Part shown: positions 14,506-28,305 of the stretch, piece by piece | Numbering within the stretch: position 1 is the first letter of the stretch | Layout: each line of letters begins with the position of its first letter | Assembly: GCA_028534125.1 (NCBI GenBank) | Contig: CM052816.1 | Coordinates: 90,894,001 to 90,958,000, forward strand | DNA: 64,000 nucleotides | Direction: 5' to 3' | From: Lama glama | Lineage: Eukaryota | The notes under the pieces: model-generated | Told to the model about the DNA's origin: nothing | Database searches by the model: none | The model's input: only the letters and a program-made list of their open reading frames with translations | Program-made: the position numbers and the translations under genes

Positions 14506-15459
14506 ACCCGTGGCTCTGTCTCTCCTTGTAGACTGCTCCCATTTTGAAGGCCAGGACCATTAATTCAGTATTTGAGTCTGAATAGTGGGTCAAGGCTGGG
14601 CACTGAGGATCCAGATAGGCATGCTTGCTGCCCTGGTAGTGTTCTCAAACTGTGGTTTTTGCAGCCCACAGGAGTGAGGTGTGAAGTCAGGGTAGAGGGC
14701 CACAGTTGGCACCTAAGTAGAAAATATTGGGATGCACCGAACATTGTGCTAAGTGTTTTAGGAAACTCTCAGGAAACTGTATGTCTAGTAGTTTACAGTG
14801 TAAAACACATTTCTCACTGCAGGTTGTGGTCCAAAGAGTTGAAATGTATTGCCCAGAAGTTCCAGTGTTAGGGGTGAGATGGTTTTTAAATAAGGAAGGT
14901 AATAGATACGTGATTACAAACCTGTCCTAAGGAGCTATGACAACAGCCCATGTGATAGACTTAGGAGGAAGGCAGCGAGGTGTCCTTTAGATAAGACCAC
15001 TGGTGCCTTCTGAGAGGGTGACATTGGGGCTGAGACGTCAAGGAGGGGAGCAGTGGGGTGTCAGTGGCCCAGACATGAAACAGTGGGTACAGGAAGCCTG
15101 GCCAGGGAGACAGAGTGGGAATAGCATAGACCATGTTGTTTGACCATAATACAGTGCGATCAGGAAACAGTAACAAGCATTAGCCAACCCCATCGCCTGG
15201 TCATCATCATCTTCATTATCCTCGTCACCATCGCCCTTCCTAACTTGGGTCAAATAAGAATCAGAAACTAAACTACCTAACATTGTCATGCTGACCTTTG
15301 ATTAACCTCTAGTCAATATTTTTAATTTTAAATTATTTCTGAAAGACTTGTCTTTGTTTCATGAAGAGGTTTTGCTTATAGGCATTGGCTGACTGTCATC
15401 ATTTTTTTTCTAGCATCTGCCTAGGCCCTTGGTTGGATGGCACGTCAGTCAGGGCATTT

Positions 15460-15657
15460 CTAGACCGGGGTATCCCAGCCTTGGCATGCCTCACATTTGG
15501 CCTGGATAATTCTTTGGCCTTTGAGAATGGCAGCATTCTTGGCTTTTGCTGACTTGATGTCAGTGGCACACTTCCCCCTCCCCTACAGTCGTGACAACCA
15601 AAAATGTTTACAACCCTTGCTAACTGTACCCTGGGGGGCAAAACTGAGAACTTCTGG
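15460..15657. mobile_element. MER20 (hAT-Charlie non-autonomous DNA transposon)
   Basis: catttggcctggataattcttt...gtgacaaccaaaaatgtttac...cctggggggcaaaactgagaac. Confidence 0.75.
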
Positions 15658-18600
15658 AAGAAATTCCAGGCTTGTGTGAGATGAAGTTGCCCACACTGAG
15701 AACACCTTCTGTCTCATCTGTCCATCAAGAGAGGATATGATAGTTTTTTATTTTCTTTCTTTCTTTCTCTTCAATCAGAAAAGTTAGATTTTTATGGGTT
15801 CCTAACAAATGTCCCGTTTTCCTAAGGGGAATCTGTGTGTCTGTCACTCTGCACTGCAGAAACTCACATAAGTGTGACGGTGGCTTCCTGCAGTAGTCGT
15901 GCTATCATCAGATGAAGATAAAAGGGGATTGGTAATGGCCCAGCTGTTTTTTATCTAATTAATTGTCTTCAGGACTTCTCCTTTTTTCTTACAGAAGTGG
16001 ACCCAGGGTCAGGCAAGCCTCCTCTGAGCTGTTTCTCTAATGGTGTTGATTGGTTTCCTTTGTTCCGCTCCCACGCTTAATCCAGTCCATCTTGTGACCG
16101 GTGGCTTGTATTTCTCTAACAGGAGCTGTTTGTTCTGAGGCCCCACTTTCTCTAAACTGATTTCCTGTCTATTAATTTTCTATATTTTGCTCCATTTCTT
16201 AACCTTACCACCTGTCTTAGAGCACATGCCCCACTGAAGTAACCCAGTTTATTTTGAGTTGGGTTTTGAGGAATTCAGTTTGTTAGTCTTTTGGCTGTTG
16301 TCTGTTCCCCCCAAATTCCTGTAAAATGAATTCCATTCTTTAAACCTAGAATTTTCTTTTTTGCTGTTTGGGGATAGTCTTGTGCAACTGTATTAATCCT
16401 GTTCATTGTTGCATAGAAATGACTTCTGATCGTTCAAGGGGGCTTGCCGTAAAAAATCTTAAATATGATTGTGGAATGATTAAGCCTCTGAGATATTTCC
16501 AGGTTAGGTGTTTATTTAACCAGTACGCTTTAACACACAATGCAGGGGGCTGGTTCCATTCCTTACTTCCTTGAGGCTTCTACTTTGATGTTACCTTTTC
16601 AGTGAGGCTGTCTTCGAACACTTAGCATAAAGTAACCCCTCTTGGTACTTACTGACACAATAGTAAATATTTGCTTGAATGGATGGATTTTCATCATTAA
16701 TTTATGAGGTATCACTGTGCCAGGCACCACTCTAAAATCTTTACAGATACTAACCCATTTCTGAATGGATGGCTCTCCCTGCCTTTCTTTCATAAACACA
16801 TTTTCTCTGTTCTCTCACTTTGAGATAATCATTGCTTTGAGCAGCTCCAGTCCTCTGTCTTGGCATAATGTATCTCTCTGTCCTGTTCACAGCCTCTTGT
16901 TTTGTTTATGTAACTCTTCCATCATGATTCTGTCTCTCTGAGGTCTTGAGAAGGAAGAGTTCTGGTTCTCTTGATTTTCTTACTCCTGGAATATGGCCAC
17001 GTGCCCACATCTGACACACAGTGTGCACCTGAAAACATACAGAGAGGTCAAATGTACAAATGTGGGGAATTCAATTCACAGTTTATAGCCCTTTTTTTCA
17101 GTGTTCATGAGTCCAGCTCTGAGCTGTTTACTTGGGCTCACACATTGTCTAGCTGTTTCCAGGGCACTAAAAAAGACAAGGAAATGTTTACATACGATGT
17201 AATATTCATTATATGTATATCTTTTAGTGTCTAAGTTTTGTAGGGTGTGTAGGGTCATTTCCAAAAAGAAGATTCAGTATAAATGCAAACAGCAGTTTTA
17301 ATCTTCTAAATTAAATCTGTTCTCAAATTCTGGGCTTCTCAGTATACTCAGACAATATTTCTACAAAAAGTAGAAAAAAGGTTCACGTTGGGAAGGACTT
17401 GCTGATGGTGGGTCTTCAGGGGCTTAAACAAGAGACTGTTGCGCTGACTTTCCTACCAGAGTATTTCCTGGGGAACCCATGTGACCACCCTGCCCTCGTG
17501 TTGGCAGGAGTACTGAGCAGGTGGATTGAGGAGACCCTCTGGGTGTGCTGGGGGTGGAGGGGGACACAACACCATGTGCACCCCTCCGCTGGCCAGAGTG
17601 CGGCCAGATGGGATGGGTTCTGCTCCAGTCCCAGCCTCACAGTGGCTGTAGATGGAAGACGCAAGTACCCTGCTCAGTTGTGTTTCTGGAACACCTGCCT
17701 GGATTGGCCCCACCTTGCATTCCCTCAGCCGCCCCCAGCCTGTCCTGCCCTTTGGGGTGCTTACGTGGCTGGGTGGCCACCTCACCATGAGGTGGGGCTG
17801 CTGGGGCTGCCACATCTCCTGGTGGATGTCTGGGCCCAGGAAGCAGCTGGGGAAACTGGCTGGACCTCACAAGAGAGGGTTGGTGTCTGCCCTGGCCTCA
17901 AGCAGTTTCTCAGTACTGGTTTTGACCAGCTCTTGTGGTTCCTGTGGCAGAGATGCCTCTGCGGAAGTTTTCATTTTGTCTCCAGAAAAATAAAACGTGC
18001 CACTTTTCATGGCTTATGGAAACCATTGGATTGGTACTTTTGCTTTTCTTAGTGTGTCATTCCCTTTTGCAATAACATACCATTTGCTGCCATGTAGGCA
18101 ACCGGTCACTGTTTAAAAATAGAGTCCCCCAGTCTGCAAACACTCTTCCAGAAAGTTGTTTTGGGCGTGTGTGCACATGCGAATATGTGTGCTTGTGAAG
18201 ACTGGACATCTTTCGTGTTGTTTACATCTTGCTTTTACATCTTGGTGTTTTTAATCTGTTTTAAGGGTGACTATAGCAAAAGCGTACCATGAAGAAATAT
18301 GGAATAGCTTCCATAATTGATTGATGCACAGTTTTGTAGAGCTGGTCAAACTGGCCAACAGATGGTGCTGACGTGGTTAATCCTCTACCCAATCAGTGGT
18401 GATAAAAGAGCCCTGGGTAGATTTTAGAAATACACGCGAGTTCAGTAACCAGTCTTACAATAATACCAGAGTTGTGTGCTATACATGCTACAGCATGCAT
18501 GCAGGGCTGTCACTGGTGTTGGGATAAATTATAAGGAAGACAGGCTGTCAAGCCGACAAACTGATTGTATTTTAAATCTGAGAGGATATGTTTTGCTTAA

Positions 18601-19159
18601 CAATCACGTGAATGCTGTATATTCACGACTGAGGAGGGATCGTGTCCAAGGATATTTTTCAGGCATTCCTGAGAAGATGTGTTCCCATCTCTGAGAAAAT
18701 ATACAGACTATATGGTGAATTTATGTAACACTTATTAGAATGAAGAGCTTTGTTAGGAAGCTTTGAAATACATCATACAATCCTATGTGAAACATTATGG
18801 AGTGAAATCAGATTACTTTCTGAAAGCTTGGGGAGCCAGTCTCTTAATTGTTACTGCTTCAGATCAGTGGGAGAGACATGAACTGTAAATGTATAATTTC
18901 TGCAATTCCCAAAGGATGGTTAGTACTTGAACTTGCCATTTAGGAATATCTAATAGCAGCTGTCAGAATAATTTAAAAATAGGTAGGTGGCAGGAAGGAT
19001 CTGAAAGAGTTCTCTGCAGTCTGTCTTTTACTGACGGGTTCAGGATCCCGTTACTGAAATTATACTGGGATTGTATTATAAGTTGGGGAAACGTCTGTGG
19101 AAACTGTTCCTTGCTGATAACTAAACAGTTGAATTCATTCCCCTCCCCACCCCAATCAG

Positions 19160-19318
19160 GTGTTCACTTACAAGCAGAGCACAATCACACACCAGAAGGT
19201 GACAGCCATGCACCCCATGGATGAGGAGGGTGTGGATGACATGGCCACCTTGACCGAGCTCCACGGGGGCGCCATCATGCACAACTTGTACCAGCGATAC
19301 AGGAGAAATCAGATCTAC
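19160..19318 (+). CDS. MYO10: MYO10 coding exon 3 (159 nt): VFTYKQSTITHQKVTAMHPMDEEGVDDMATLTELHGGAIMHNLYQRYRRNQIY
   Basis: ccaatcag|GTG acceptor and TAC|gtaagt donor; phase 0/0; start of the myosin motor domain. Confidence 0.96.
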
Positions 19319-21488
19319 GTAAGTTCCCCTTTAACTCCCTTAAAAAAATTCCCTCTGGTTTGAATGAAGGTGTATTTGTGTTTTCAGAGAGGATTTCCTC
19401 TTGACAGCCTCGGGTGAATCTGAGGAAAGCTGCATTTTCAGGTGTTCCGTTGAATTAGAGACGTGGTTCCATAAATCATTCTTGTGCTTACTGCCTTGAT
19501 TTTATTAGCGGGGGACGACTTTCTGTCGATGCATAATTCGGCCTCTTTCTTTGTGTAAGTGCATCCTGTTCATAAGTGTTCTGTTACATGAAGAAATCAC
19601 GCGGAATGGTTTGACTTCCTCAGTTGAGGGCTGGGGGTGAGATGGGGAATGTGGATTTGCAAATAGGCAGACCTGAGTTTAAGCTATTTTTGCTTTCTTG
19701 ATTTTTCTCCTTTCATGAGTTTTCCCTTTTTTTCTGGTTCTGGAGCCCATCTAAGGGGCTATCTGGAATCAGGAGAGCCCACCTTATTTGTGGGGTTGCT
19801 GTTTTGATGGGAGCCCTGTCCCGCCGAGGCAGCCACACATGTTTTCTCTCCACTTCCGTGAAGTGTGACGGTACCTATGTTCTGAAAGTGATCTTCAAAA
19901 ATCACTTCTATAGTAATCGCTTTTTGACATTAAAGTACTTAAATTACTGGTCAAAAAATGATCTGCAGATTTTATCTTTTCATCTGCCTGTTTGCAGGTC
20001 TTTATAGAAAACTGGGCAGCTGCTTACACATGTTTGTTTTTCTTGTCAAGTTTACATTCAGGTTTTTTTTTAAAAACTCCAAATTTTGATGTTGGAAAAA
20101 CCTTTGATCTTTTAGTAATTTCTGTTCCTTGGCAGTTAACATTTAATTTGGCCAATATGCTTGTAACTAAGATGAATAATCATATCAGCCTTTTTGTGGT
20201 AGAGCTAGCAGGTGAGACTCAAGGCACTCTTAGTACTGAGGTTCTTCTAATTTACCTGCCCTTAGACCAAACGAGGAGGATGGGGAAAGAGGAGGAATTA
20301 GATATTTGTGGGTTTAATGCTACATTCTCCCCAGCTTTAAAAAAAAAAAAAGTACACTTATATGCTTTCTTTTTATATTGTGAAAGCGTCATTTTGGCCA
20401 GATTGACCTGACATTTGCCAGATGTTTTCAGGCAGCCTCGTCTTGGGAAATTCGTCCCATTCTAGTCCTCTGACTGGCGGAGCTTGCTTCACACTCAGTC
20501 CTTCGATGACTGTTTTCTGTATGATTCTCAGAAAAGGTAGCGTTCACACGTGCTGATGTGAAAGTGGCTATCTAGTCTACTCTGTGCCTGGGCCACAGAA
20601 TTAACGTGCATTTACTTCTCTGTTCCCATCTCAAAAATCTCCTCGAAGGTGACTTGTGTCTCCTCCTTCCCGTGGACCTGCACGATGCAGGTGTCCAGGT
20701 AACCATGTACTGTGCCTGTGCCTTTGGTATCAAGTATTTGGCACCGCCATGAAACTTTGTGCACACAGCAGTTTCCTTGCTCAGTTTGTCTTCCCGGAGC
20801 CAAGGACAGTGCCAGGCACCTGGTAGTTCTCCGATAATAACAGTAAAACAAATTCCATGTGTATTAGAAAGAACCTAGTTGATGATAAAGGTGAAGCTAG
20901 ATTTAAAATTTCTACATTGGTACATGGCTCTTATAGGTGAATATTTCAGAACTTATACTCTTCTGTCTGTAGATGCAAGTTCTTGTTACACATTTAATAG
21001 TGAAGAAAAAGTAGGTGAATTAGGGAGAAAAAATTATCCAAGGGGTTTAAAAGGCAGAGGCTTAAAAAGCTCCCCACCTCCCCTTTTCAGGATAGTGATG
21101 TTTAAACCTGACAGCTAAATTGCCCAATAAACCATGAATAGGATCTTGGTCCTTTTTCCTGGAATGAATGTCTTTTTCCTCCCCTCTGCAGGAAAGACAT
21201 AGGATTTTTGTACATCCAATTTGCAACTCAGTTTAATTAATTAGACCTGTCCATACCTTCCTTTTGGGACCTGGATAATTGTATTATTCTCCATAAAGCA
21301 GCCACCTGGATTATCTCATCATTGCTGAAGCGATTTGAGTGGGTGCCAGTAGCTGTCAGACACTGCCCCATCAAGACAAAACCACCACCTGTCAGAGAAG
21401 CGCAGCTTTTTCACCTTTGATCCTGGCTCTGAGTGATGCTTGTCCCTATTATTAAAAGAGAGAAAAAAATGACACATAACACAGGTGC

Positions 21489-22058
21489 TGTGTTAGTTTT
21501 CTTTTGCTGGCATAACAGATTACCATAACTATGCCAACTTAACAGAAGTGAATTTTCTTGCAGTTTTGTAGGTGAAGAGTTGGAAGGGATCTCACCAGAC
21601 TAAAATCCAGGTGCGAGCAGGACAGGGTTCCTTTCCGGAGCCTCTAGGGGAGGACCTGTTTCCTGCTCTTTGCTGGTATTGGCAGAGGGCAGTTACTTGG
21701 GGCTGTAGGACTGAGGTCCTCGTTTTCTTGCTGGCTGTCTCCTAAGGGCTGTTCCCAGCTGCTGGAGGGCCCCTTCCTTTAAGTTCAAAGCCAGCAACTG
21801 TGGATTGAGTCCTTCTTGTGCTTCAGATCTCTTCCTCCTCCTGCCCATCTCTGACTGCAGCCAAGAAGGTTCTCAGCTTTTAAAGATTCGTGCAGTTCGA
21901 TTGGACTCACCTGGATAATCCCCAGTCTCAAGAGTTTACAGCTTTAACTGTATCTTCAGAGTCCCTTTGCCTGCAACATCACGTAGTCACAGGTCCTGGG
22001 AACTAGTTGTGGGCATCTTGGTGGGGCAGGGGAGTGGTGTGTTGCTCTGCCTGCCGTA
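21489..22058. mobile_element. MaLR solo LTR (MLT1D/E-like) with 5-bp TSD
   Basis: Starts tgtgttagttttcttttgctggcataacagattacca; contains ggactcacctggataatcc; flanked by GGTGC at 21484-21488 and 22059-22063. Confidence 0.85.
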
Positions 22059-23344
22059 GGTGCCCTTCTTTGAGTCCTGTTATAGAGAAGGAAGTCCTGC
22101 GGGTCCCCCCCACCGCTCCAGATCATGCATTATCTGTTGGCTTGCTGATCCTAAGTGATACAGTTCGCTGGTAAGCAGACCCGTATCCGGGTAGAGGAGT
22201 CTGTTGTTTGTGCTAAGAAGGACAATTAACTTTCTTTTCTCCTTGAGGGCCACCCTTACTGTCTGAGGTCTTTAGCAGACCTCAGGAAAATATTTCTTCT
22301 AGCCTTAAGCATCCTGCATTCAAATGGAGGTGGAGAGCTACAAAGAGGTGAAGTGCTTAGGAGACAAATCAGAGTTGAGTCCACTTTTCGCCACTCACCT
22401 CCTCTTGGGCTCTATATTAAACACTTGATTTTTATGTGTCAATTTAAAAAAAAATTTTTAAAGGTCAGATGTTATAACCCTTATATCTGACAGGGCTGTT
22501 TTACAGTAAAATGGCAAGTGAAGGCCTTAGGAACTTGACTAACCTCCGTACCTCTCTCCCCACCTTACTCATCGAACACCACCAAGTCTTTATTTGGAAA
22601 GCTCCTGCCTGGAACTCCTTCCAGGCGCAGGGGCTGTTCAGACTTCTGTGTCAGTGTCCGTAAGCCTGTGTGGCTCCAGCCTGGCCGCTGGTCGTTTGGC
22701 TCTGACCCCCGGGTTAGAGCAGCTCTGTTCTTTCCTAAGTGCCCTGAATGAACCCCTGCCTTTATGCCCTCATGCTGGATTCCCTTTCCGGAACTCCAGG
22801 CCCTCTTGCCTAATGCTCCACCTTGTCAGCCTTTCCCAGCCTCTGGCGACTCCCAGATGACAACTCTGCCCAGCACTTCAGCTCTAACCTTGGACCCCAT
22901 CCCAAACTTCCACCCTGAATTTCTTTACGGGCTTCCTGCTGCAGGGGGCCAGCACCTTGGAGAGGGTCTGATGAGTCCTACCCTCCTTTGTCTCTTCCCA
23001 CCATTGGTGAGACCTGGGAGGACCAGTACCCACACCTGTAAGTCCCTAAAAACTCGTAGAGGAGGGGTATGTGTTGTATGAGGAGATAAGAGGTAGGGAG
23101 AGGGAACAAATAGGTGGGTGAAGGACCCTATGGAGGGGCTGGCAGTAATACTACAAAGGAGGGATGAGAGATGAGTAGATGGAAGGGCTGGTTGGATACC
23201 ATACATGAAGATGAAAAGTTGAGACTGAACTTGATGTGGCCTCACTAAACTGGGAGAAGTTCCCTTTGCTTATGGAGTCTGGAGTGTGTTGGGAGGACAC
23301 TGAGCAATTAGTAGGATAGGCAGGATGGGGTCAGGACACCCTTA

Positions 23345-23560
23345 AAAGGAGTGGTGCTCTACCAGGTGATGTGGCCCCCAGGGGACATGTGGTAGTACCT
23401 GGAGGCATTTTTTGGTTGTCACAGTTAGGGCGGAGGATGCTAATGGTACCTAGTGGGTAGAGACCAGGGAGCTGCTGTACACCCCTAGGGCACAGGACAG
23501 CCCCACAACAAAGAGTTACCTGGCCCGAGATGTCACTAGCACAGAGAAACCCCGCCTTAC
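23345..23560. mobile_element. MER20 (hAT-Charlie)
   Basis: cccccaggggacatgtgg...catttttggttgtcaca...ctagtgggtagagaccaggga...cacaggacagccccacaacaaagagttacctggccc. Confidence 0.85.
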
Positions 23561-24652
23561 TTAAAGCAGGTCGGCAGCGTTTGGGCTCGGTGGTCAGAGA
23601 CTACACTGTCTTTGTTAAAGGCTTTTGAAGAGAGAACTTCCCTGAGAAAAAAATGTAGAAGGGTGGAGAGGGAAATGGTGTGATAGCATCTAGAGAGTGG
23701 ATTGGCTGAGAGAGGGTTGTGGTAATTCAGAGCGGAGAGACGAGAGTTTGGACCAGAGTAGAGATGGTAGCCAGCAAGGGGATGTGGGATACGAGATGAG
23801 TGGGAAGGAGGTCAAGGAGGCAGGGGTAGCTTGAGGACTCCCAGCCTTGTCAGGCCCCCCGACCATGAGAACATGCCGCTGACTGTCCCGGCGGCTCCTC
23901 CAGGAGATGGGGCGGGTGAGATGAGTAAGGTTTAGGATGCCTGGGGCATCTCTGGAGCCTGTGTCATTTCCGATTATGTCCCCAGCGTCTAAGCACAGTG
24001 TGGACCACTGCAGATGACGTTTCTGTTGTGTTGACCGTGAGCTCTGTGTCCAGAGTGCAGGGACGGCCACGCTAGCTCCGTGGTGTGGCACTTTTGTCGT
24101 CTGCCGAATGCAAGAGGAAACACGTGCCCTCCATCATAGAGTTGGTCGTGCTCTGGGTCAATTGCATGGGGAGCCTCCCTCCCAGCCGCTAAGGAGTGGC
24201 TGGAAACCACATCAGGGAGAGGACTGCAGGGAACCTCAGGGCTCGGCTGCAATTAGAGTGTTGGGGGCGGTTCCAGAGGAAGCCGTGCTCTGTTCCACCC
24301 ACTCGTGGGTTAGTTTGTGGGTCTTGCTGAACAGATGGGGAAGAGAGCAAGATCAAAGGAGCCCATTTTAAGAAGTGGAGCTGTGAGCACAGAAGATGCT
24401 TCACAGCGAGTATATTTTTAGGTGTTTCAAAAATAATCCTCCTCTGGGTAGGTGGCGCTCCAGACCGAATCTGTACACGTATTTGCTGTTGTTCCTGAAT
24501 TAACTTTTTTTTTTTTTGAGTTATAGGCCAAAAATCACAGGATGATTTATTATTAAAATTAGTTAATAATTTATAAAATTTAATTTCAAAGTGTTTTGTC
24601 ACATAAATTTAATATTAATTAAAAGACTTTAAAGGCTTACTTTTTAATTCAC

Positions 24653-24753
24653 TTTTTTTTAATTGAGGTAAAATTTACACAGAACGTTATAGTAGGTTCA
24701 AGGGTACAATATGAGGTTTTGGTATTTGTGTGTATTGCACAATCCTCACCACC
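24653..24753 (-). mobile_element. Short L1 3' end
   Basis: ttttttttaattgaggtaaaatttacacag...gttcaagggtacaa...tattgcacaatcctcaccac. Confidence 0.65.
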
Positions 24754-25564
24754 TGAATTGACTTTGAAGCCTGACAGATATGTTCGTGGGCAGCAGCCAG
24801 TTAAAGACTCATGGGTGGCAGTAGACAGGTGACCTGAGTTCACCTGTGGGGGAATCATGGGCCGCCTGCGGCGTTGACCCCCGGGACACTGTGCCCTGGA
24901 GTTGCCAGTTTCGAGCTTGCAAATCGAAATCTGCGATTCATTGCCTTGAGTCCTGTCTTCCCAGAGTAGACTTTTGGGGGGTTGTTTTCTGTCCCTCTCC
25001 AAAGCCAGTGTCAAGTGACAGCGCGCCTCTCACGATGGCCGGAAGACCGGATGGCTAGCAGGCTTGGCATCTGTCTCATACCGGGAACAGCTGAACACAG
25101 CGTGGTTTGTCAGGGGTTTTTTTTCTCACATGAAATCTAGACCAGTGTTGCCAAAAGATGATTGCAACCATCTGTCCGACTGTATGTATTTTTAAACTTT
25201 ACCAAACATTTATGCTCTCGAGTCGCCACTTCCACATCAGCGCATGATGGTGGCAATTAGGAACTTTGCTTTTGTTAATCCCCCCTCCCCGTTCCTGCCT
25301 CTCTTTTGGGTCAGATTCCTTTGAACAAGGAGGGAACATGTGTCAGAAATTCACTTAGATTAAATGGTAATGTCACTTCTAAATTTAAGAGCTTGACTTT
25401 AACAACATCTGGAGGTATCTGTTGTGATCTAGTTGTCTTTTCAACAAACTTGAATGCTTAAGAGTTTTGGCTGTTTCATTGGACAACAATCATGAATCAT
25501 TTTGTTGGGAGGTGGGTGTGGAGCACTAGGACTCAGTTAAAATGGAACTTAAGCTTGGTGGATT

Positions 25565-26600
25565 GGTGGTCCATTCGTGTGCCCTCAACATATCTATGTT
25601 GATTCTGGCCCTGCCTGTGTGCCAGACTGTGTGTGAGGCTCCAAGGATGCACGCTCACTCTTGTTCTCAGTACTTGTTTCTTGAAAGATCGGATAAACGT
25701 AAGGCACTGCCTTTCCGGGACCTCCTAGTTCCTTGGTGAAGGCGGACATGGCAAACCTTTGACAGCAGCTCAGGGCGACAGTGAGTGTCATAAAAGGACT
25801 GACTGGGAACACACAGAGTGGGCACTCGAAGGAGATGGTGAGACGGGGTTGGAAAATGATTCCCAGCCAAGACACTGGTTGCACTGAGTTTTGAAGCATT
25901 TTTAGGGGAATTTGGCCAAGCCGGAGGGTAGCTCATTCCTGGCAGAAGATCAGCGCGGGCGAAGGCTTGATGAGGCATGATGCATTTGTGCAGCTGCAGG
26001 ACCCATGAGATGCTGCAATGAAGGTTGCATGCAGCTGGCTGGCAGGGTGGTCAGGAGCAGGCAAGGAAGGACACTGTGTGTAAGTGAATGAGCTTGAGTT
26101 TGTGAAGATTGTTAGGGGACAATGTCAAAGGTGAGTTCTGGGAAAACTCAATCTGGCTGTAGGCAATGGACCCAGTCTGGGGGAAGAGGTGACCGGCAAA
26201 GCAGATGGGAAATGATAGGGTTCCAAACCAATCCTGGGGCGGGGGTTGGAGTATGAGACATAAGAAAAGGTCAAATCCAGATGCTTGGTTGAGTTTGGGA
26301 GGCAAGTAGGCTGAATTTTTAAAGGCTGACTCCCAGATCCCTGGACTGTCCATTTGGGTAGACCACGGTGCCATTTGTCAAGACGTGACTGTGAGAAGAA
26401 ACAGGTGTTTTGAGGAGCTCAGCCTTCGCGTGTTGAGTTGGAGCTTAGGGGTGTCCAAGTGAAGACGCCCAGCTGGAGTGTTGAGTGTGCATATCTGCAA
26501 TTTAAAGCTGAATCTGCTTTCAAGGTCAAGATTTGGGAAAGTAAGTTATGGCCATGTTGAACTGAGATAGTCAAGAGAGGTAAGAGAATGGTGGGTGGGA
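25565..26600 (-). mobile_element. Degraded L2 LINE
   Basis: tgtgtgccagactgtg at the 3' end, then purine-rich L2 body (ggctgactcccagatccctggactg...ggtgccatttgtcaagac...tgttgagttggag). Confidence 0.6.
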
Positions 26601-26625
26601 AGTAAATCTAGCTAGTGGTTCCCAT

Positions 26626-26806
26626 TTTTTTTTAATTGAAGTATAGTCAGTTTACAATGTTGTGTCAACTTCTGGTGAACAGCATAATAGTTCAGTCATA
26701 TATATACATACATATGTTCATTTTTATTATAGGTTACCACAAGGTGTTGAATATAGTTCTCTGTGCTACACAGTAGGACCTTGTTTATTTTATATATAGT
26801 AGTTAC
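26626..26806 (-). mobile_element. Young cetartiodactyl/camelid L1 3' end
   Basis: ttttttttaattgaagtatagtcagtttacaatgttgtgtcaacttctggtg...tgaatatagttctctgtgctacacagtaggaccttg. Confidence 0.85.
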
Positions 26807-27892
26807 TATCTAGTTCCCACTTCTTAACAACTTCTTCCCTTTAGGAAAGTGGGCCATGACACTGACTTGAGCCAGATTCCCTGGTACATTTCCGATTACT
26901 TGGTCTATGTGCGGCTTTTCCAGGACCACATGATGGAAGACCATTGTGGTTTTATTTTCATGAACAAAGTTAATAAATCCCTCTGATTTACATAGCACTT
27001 CCACATAGTGATCATGTGAGGGTAGCAGAGGATGTGTTATTACTGGTCAGAATCTCTGGCCCGGAAGGGGCAAGCAGTGGACCAGGGCAGGTAGGGCCAG
27101 GCTGAGGACTTCAGGTCTTCGGAGTTGACCAAACCTTGCTGTCTAGATCACTTTTTCCTGTGTTGGAATAGTGACTTCCCAGCAGTAGCGTAGATTCTGT
27201 ATATCTACAAGCAGAGTGCATCTGAGGCCACAGGTTACTTGTAGTGTTCATAATTACACTTAAAAACTTTTTTCTTTTATTTGATGAGGGGCTAGATACT
27301 AGGTATTAGACCCTTCTACCTTTTGAAAAGCTTGAATTGGTAGATTTTGCACTGAAGCAATGCGGTGGGTTCTCCCAGCGTTTTGAAAGCGGATTGCATT
27401 GCAGCTGTTCCAGATTATTAAAGTGGGCAAGAAAGAGTATTTTTTTGGTGAGTTCTGTGGAACTTTTCTGTCTAGAAAAAAAACTTTATGTGTTTCAAAA
27501 TAGAATATCCTTTCTATTTCTGAAAAGCCGTTAAAATGACTAGGCTATTTATTTTTGTGGAATTTGGAATCCAACGTGTGGAAACCAGTACCTGGCCCCG
27601 CCTTGTGTTTGAGAGTCACGTGTATCCAGGGTCTTAAGAGTGCAGGGAATTATGATGGCTGGTTTTGGAGCAGTAATAATAAACAATTTTTTACAGAGTG
27701 ATCAGTGGTACAAGCGTGGGACGCGCACGGTCTCCCAGCTCTTAGGTTTCTCTCTGCATTTATCTCTGCGTCACTTTGCATCACAGCTAGACTCCCCTCC
27801 TACCTCCCCCCTTCCCAGTTGCCCTGTTTACTTATGTTACCTGTCGAACTTTCATTATTATTCAAGGAATCTCTTATGCATGCAGACTTTGT

Positions 27893-28305
27893 TCTGTTTG
27901 TTTAATTGAAGTGTAGTTGATGTACAGTGTTGTTCCTGAGGTCAGGCGTAGTGAGTCAGTGATACGTACTTGTGTTCTTTTTCATATTCCTTTCTGTTAT
28001 AGCTTGTGACAGGATGCTGAGTGTAGTTCCCTGTGTTCTACAGTAGGACCTTGCTGTTTATCTATTTTGTGTATAGTAGTTTGTATCTGCTAATCCCAGA
28101 CTCCTAATTTAACCTTCCCTCCCCTTCATCCCCTTTGGTAACCATAAGTTTGTTTTCTCTGTCTGTGAGTCTGTCTCTTTCTATTTTGTAAATAAGTTCA
28201 TTTGTACCTTTTTTTTTCTTTTTTAGATTCCACATAAAAGCGGTATCATAGGATATTTGTCTTTCTCTGTCTGAGTTCACTTAGTATGATCATCTCTAGG
28301 TCCAT
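27893..28305 (-). mobile_element. Cetartiodactyl L1 3' end
   Basis: tttaattgaagtgtagttga...cagtaggaccttgctgtttatct...ggtaaccataagtttgttttct...ttagattccacat...tctctaggtccat; flanks tgcagactttgtt / tgcagcctttgtt look like a TSD. Confidence 0.85.

Noticed and set aside
17399..18052. 217-aa ORF, the longest N-free ORF in the track
   Set aside because: TTG start, no recognisable domain, and overlapping ORFs in several frames, typical of GC-rich intronic sequence.
1..19159. MYO10 exons 1-2 or a separate upstream gene
   Set aside because: No RVWLRE-type exon 2 sequence, CpG-island promoter or coherent exon chain seen; consistent with a long intron 2.
24540..24645. Very AT-rich stretch resembling organellar DNA
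   Set aside because: No mitochondrial gene, tRNA or rRNA similarity recognised; it is low-complexity sequence next to an L1 tail.
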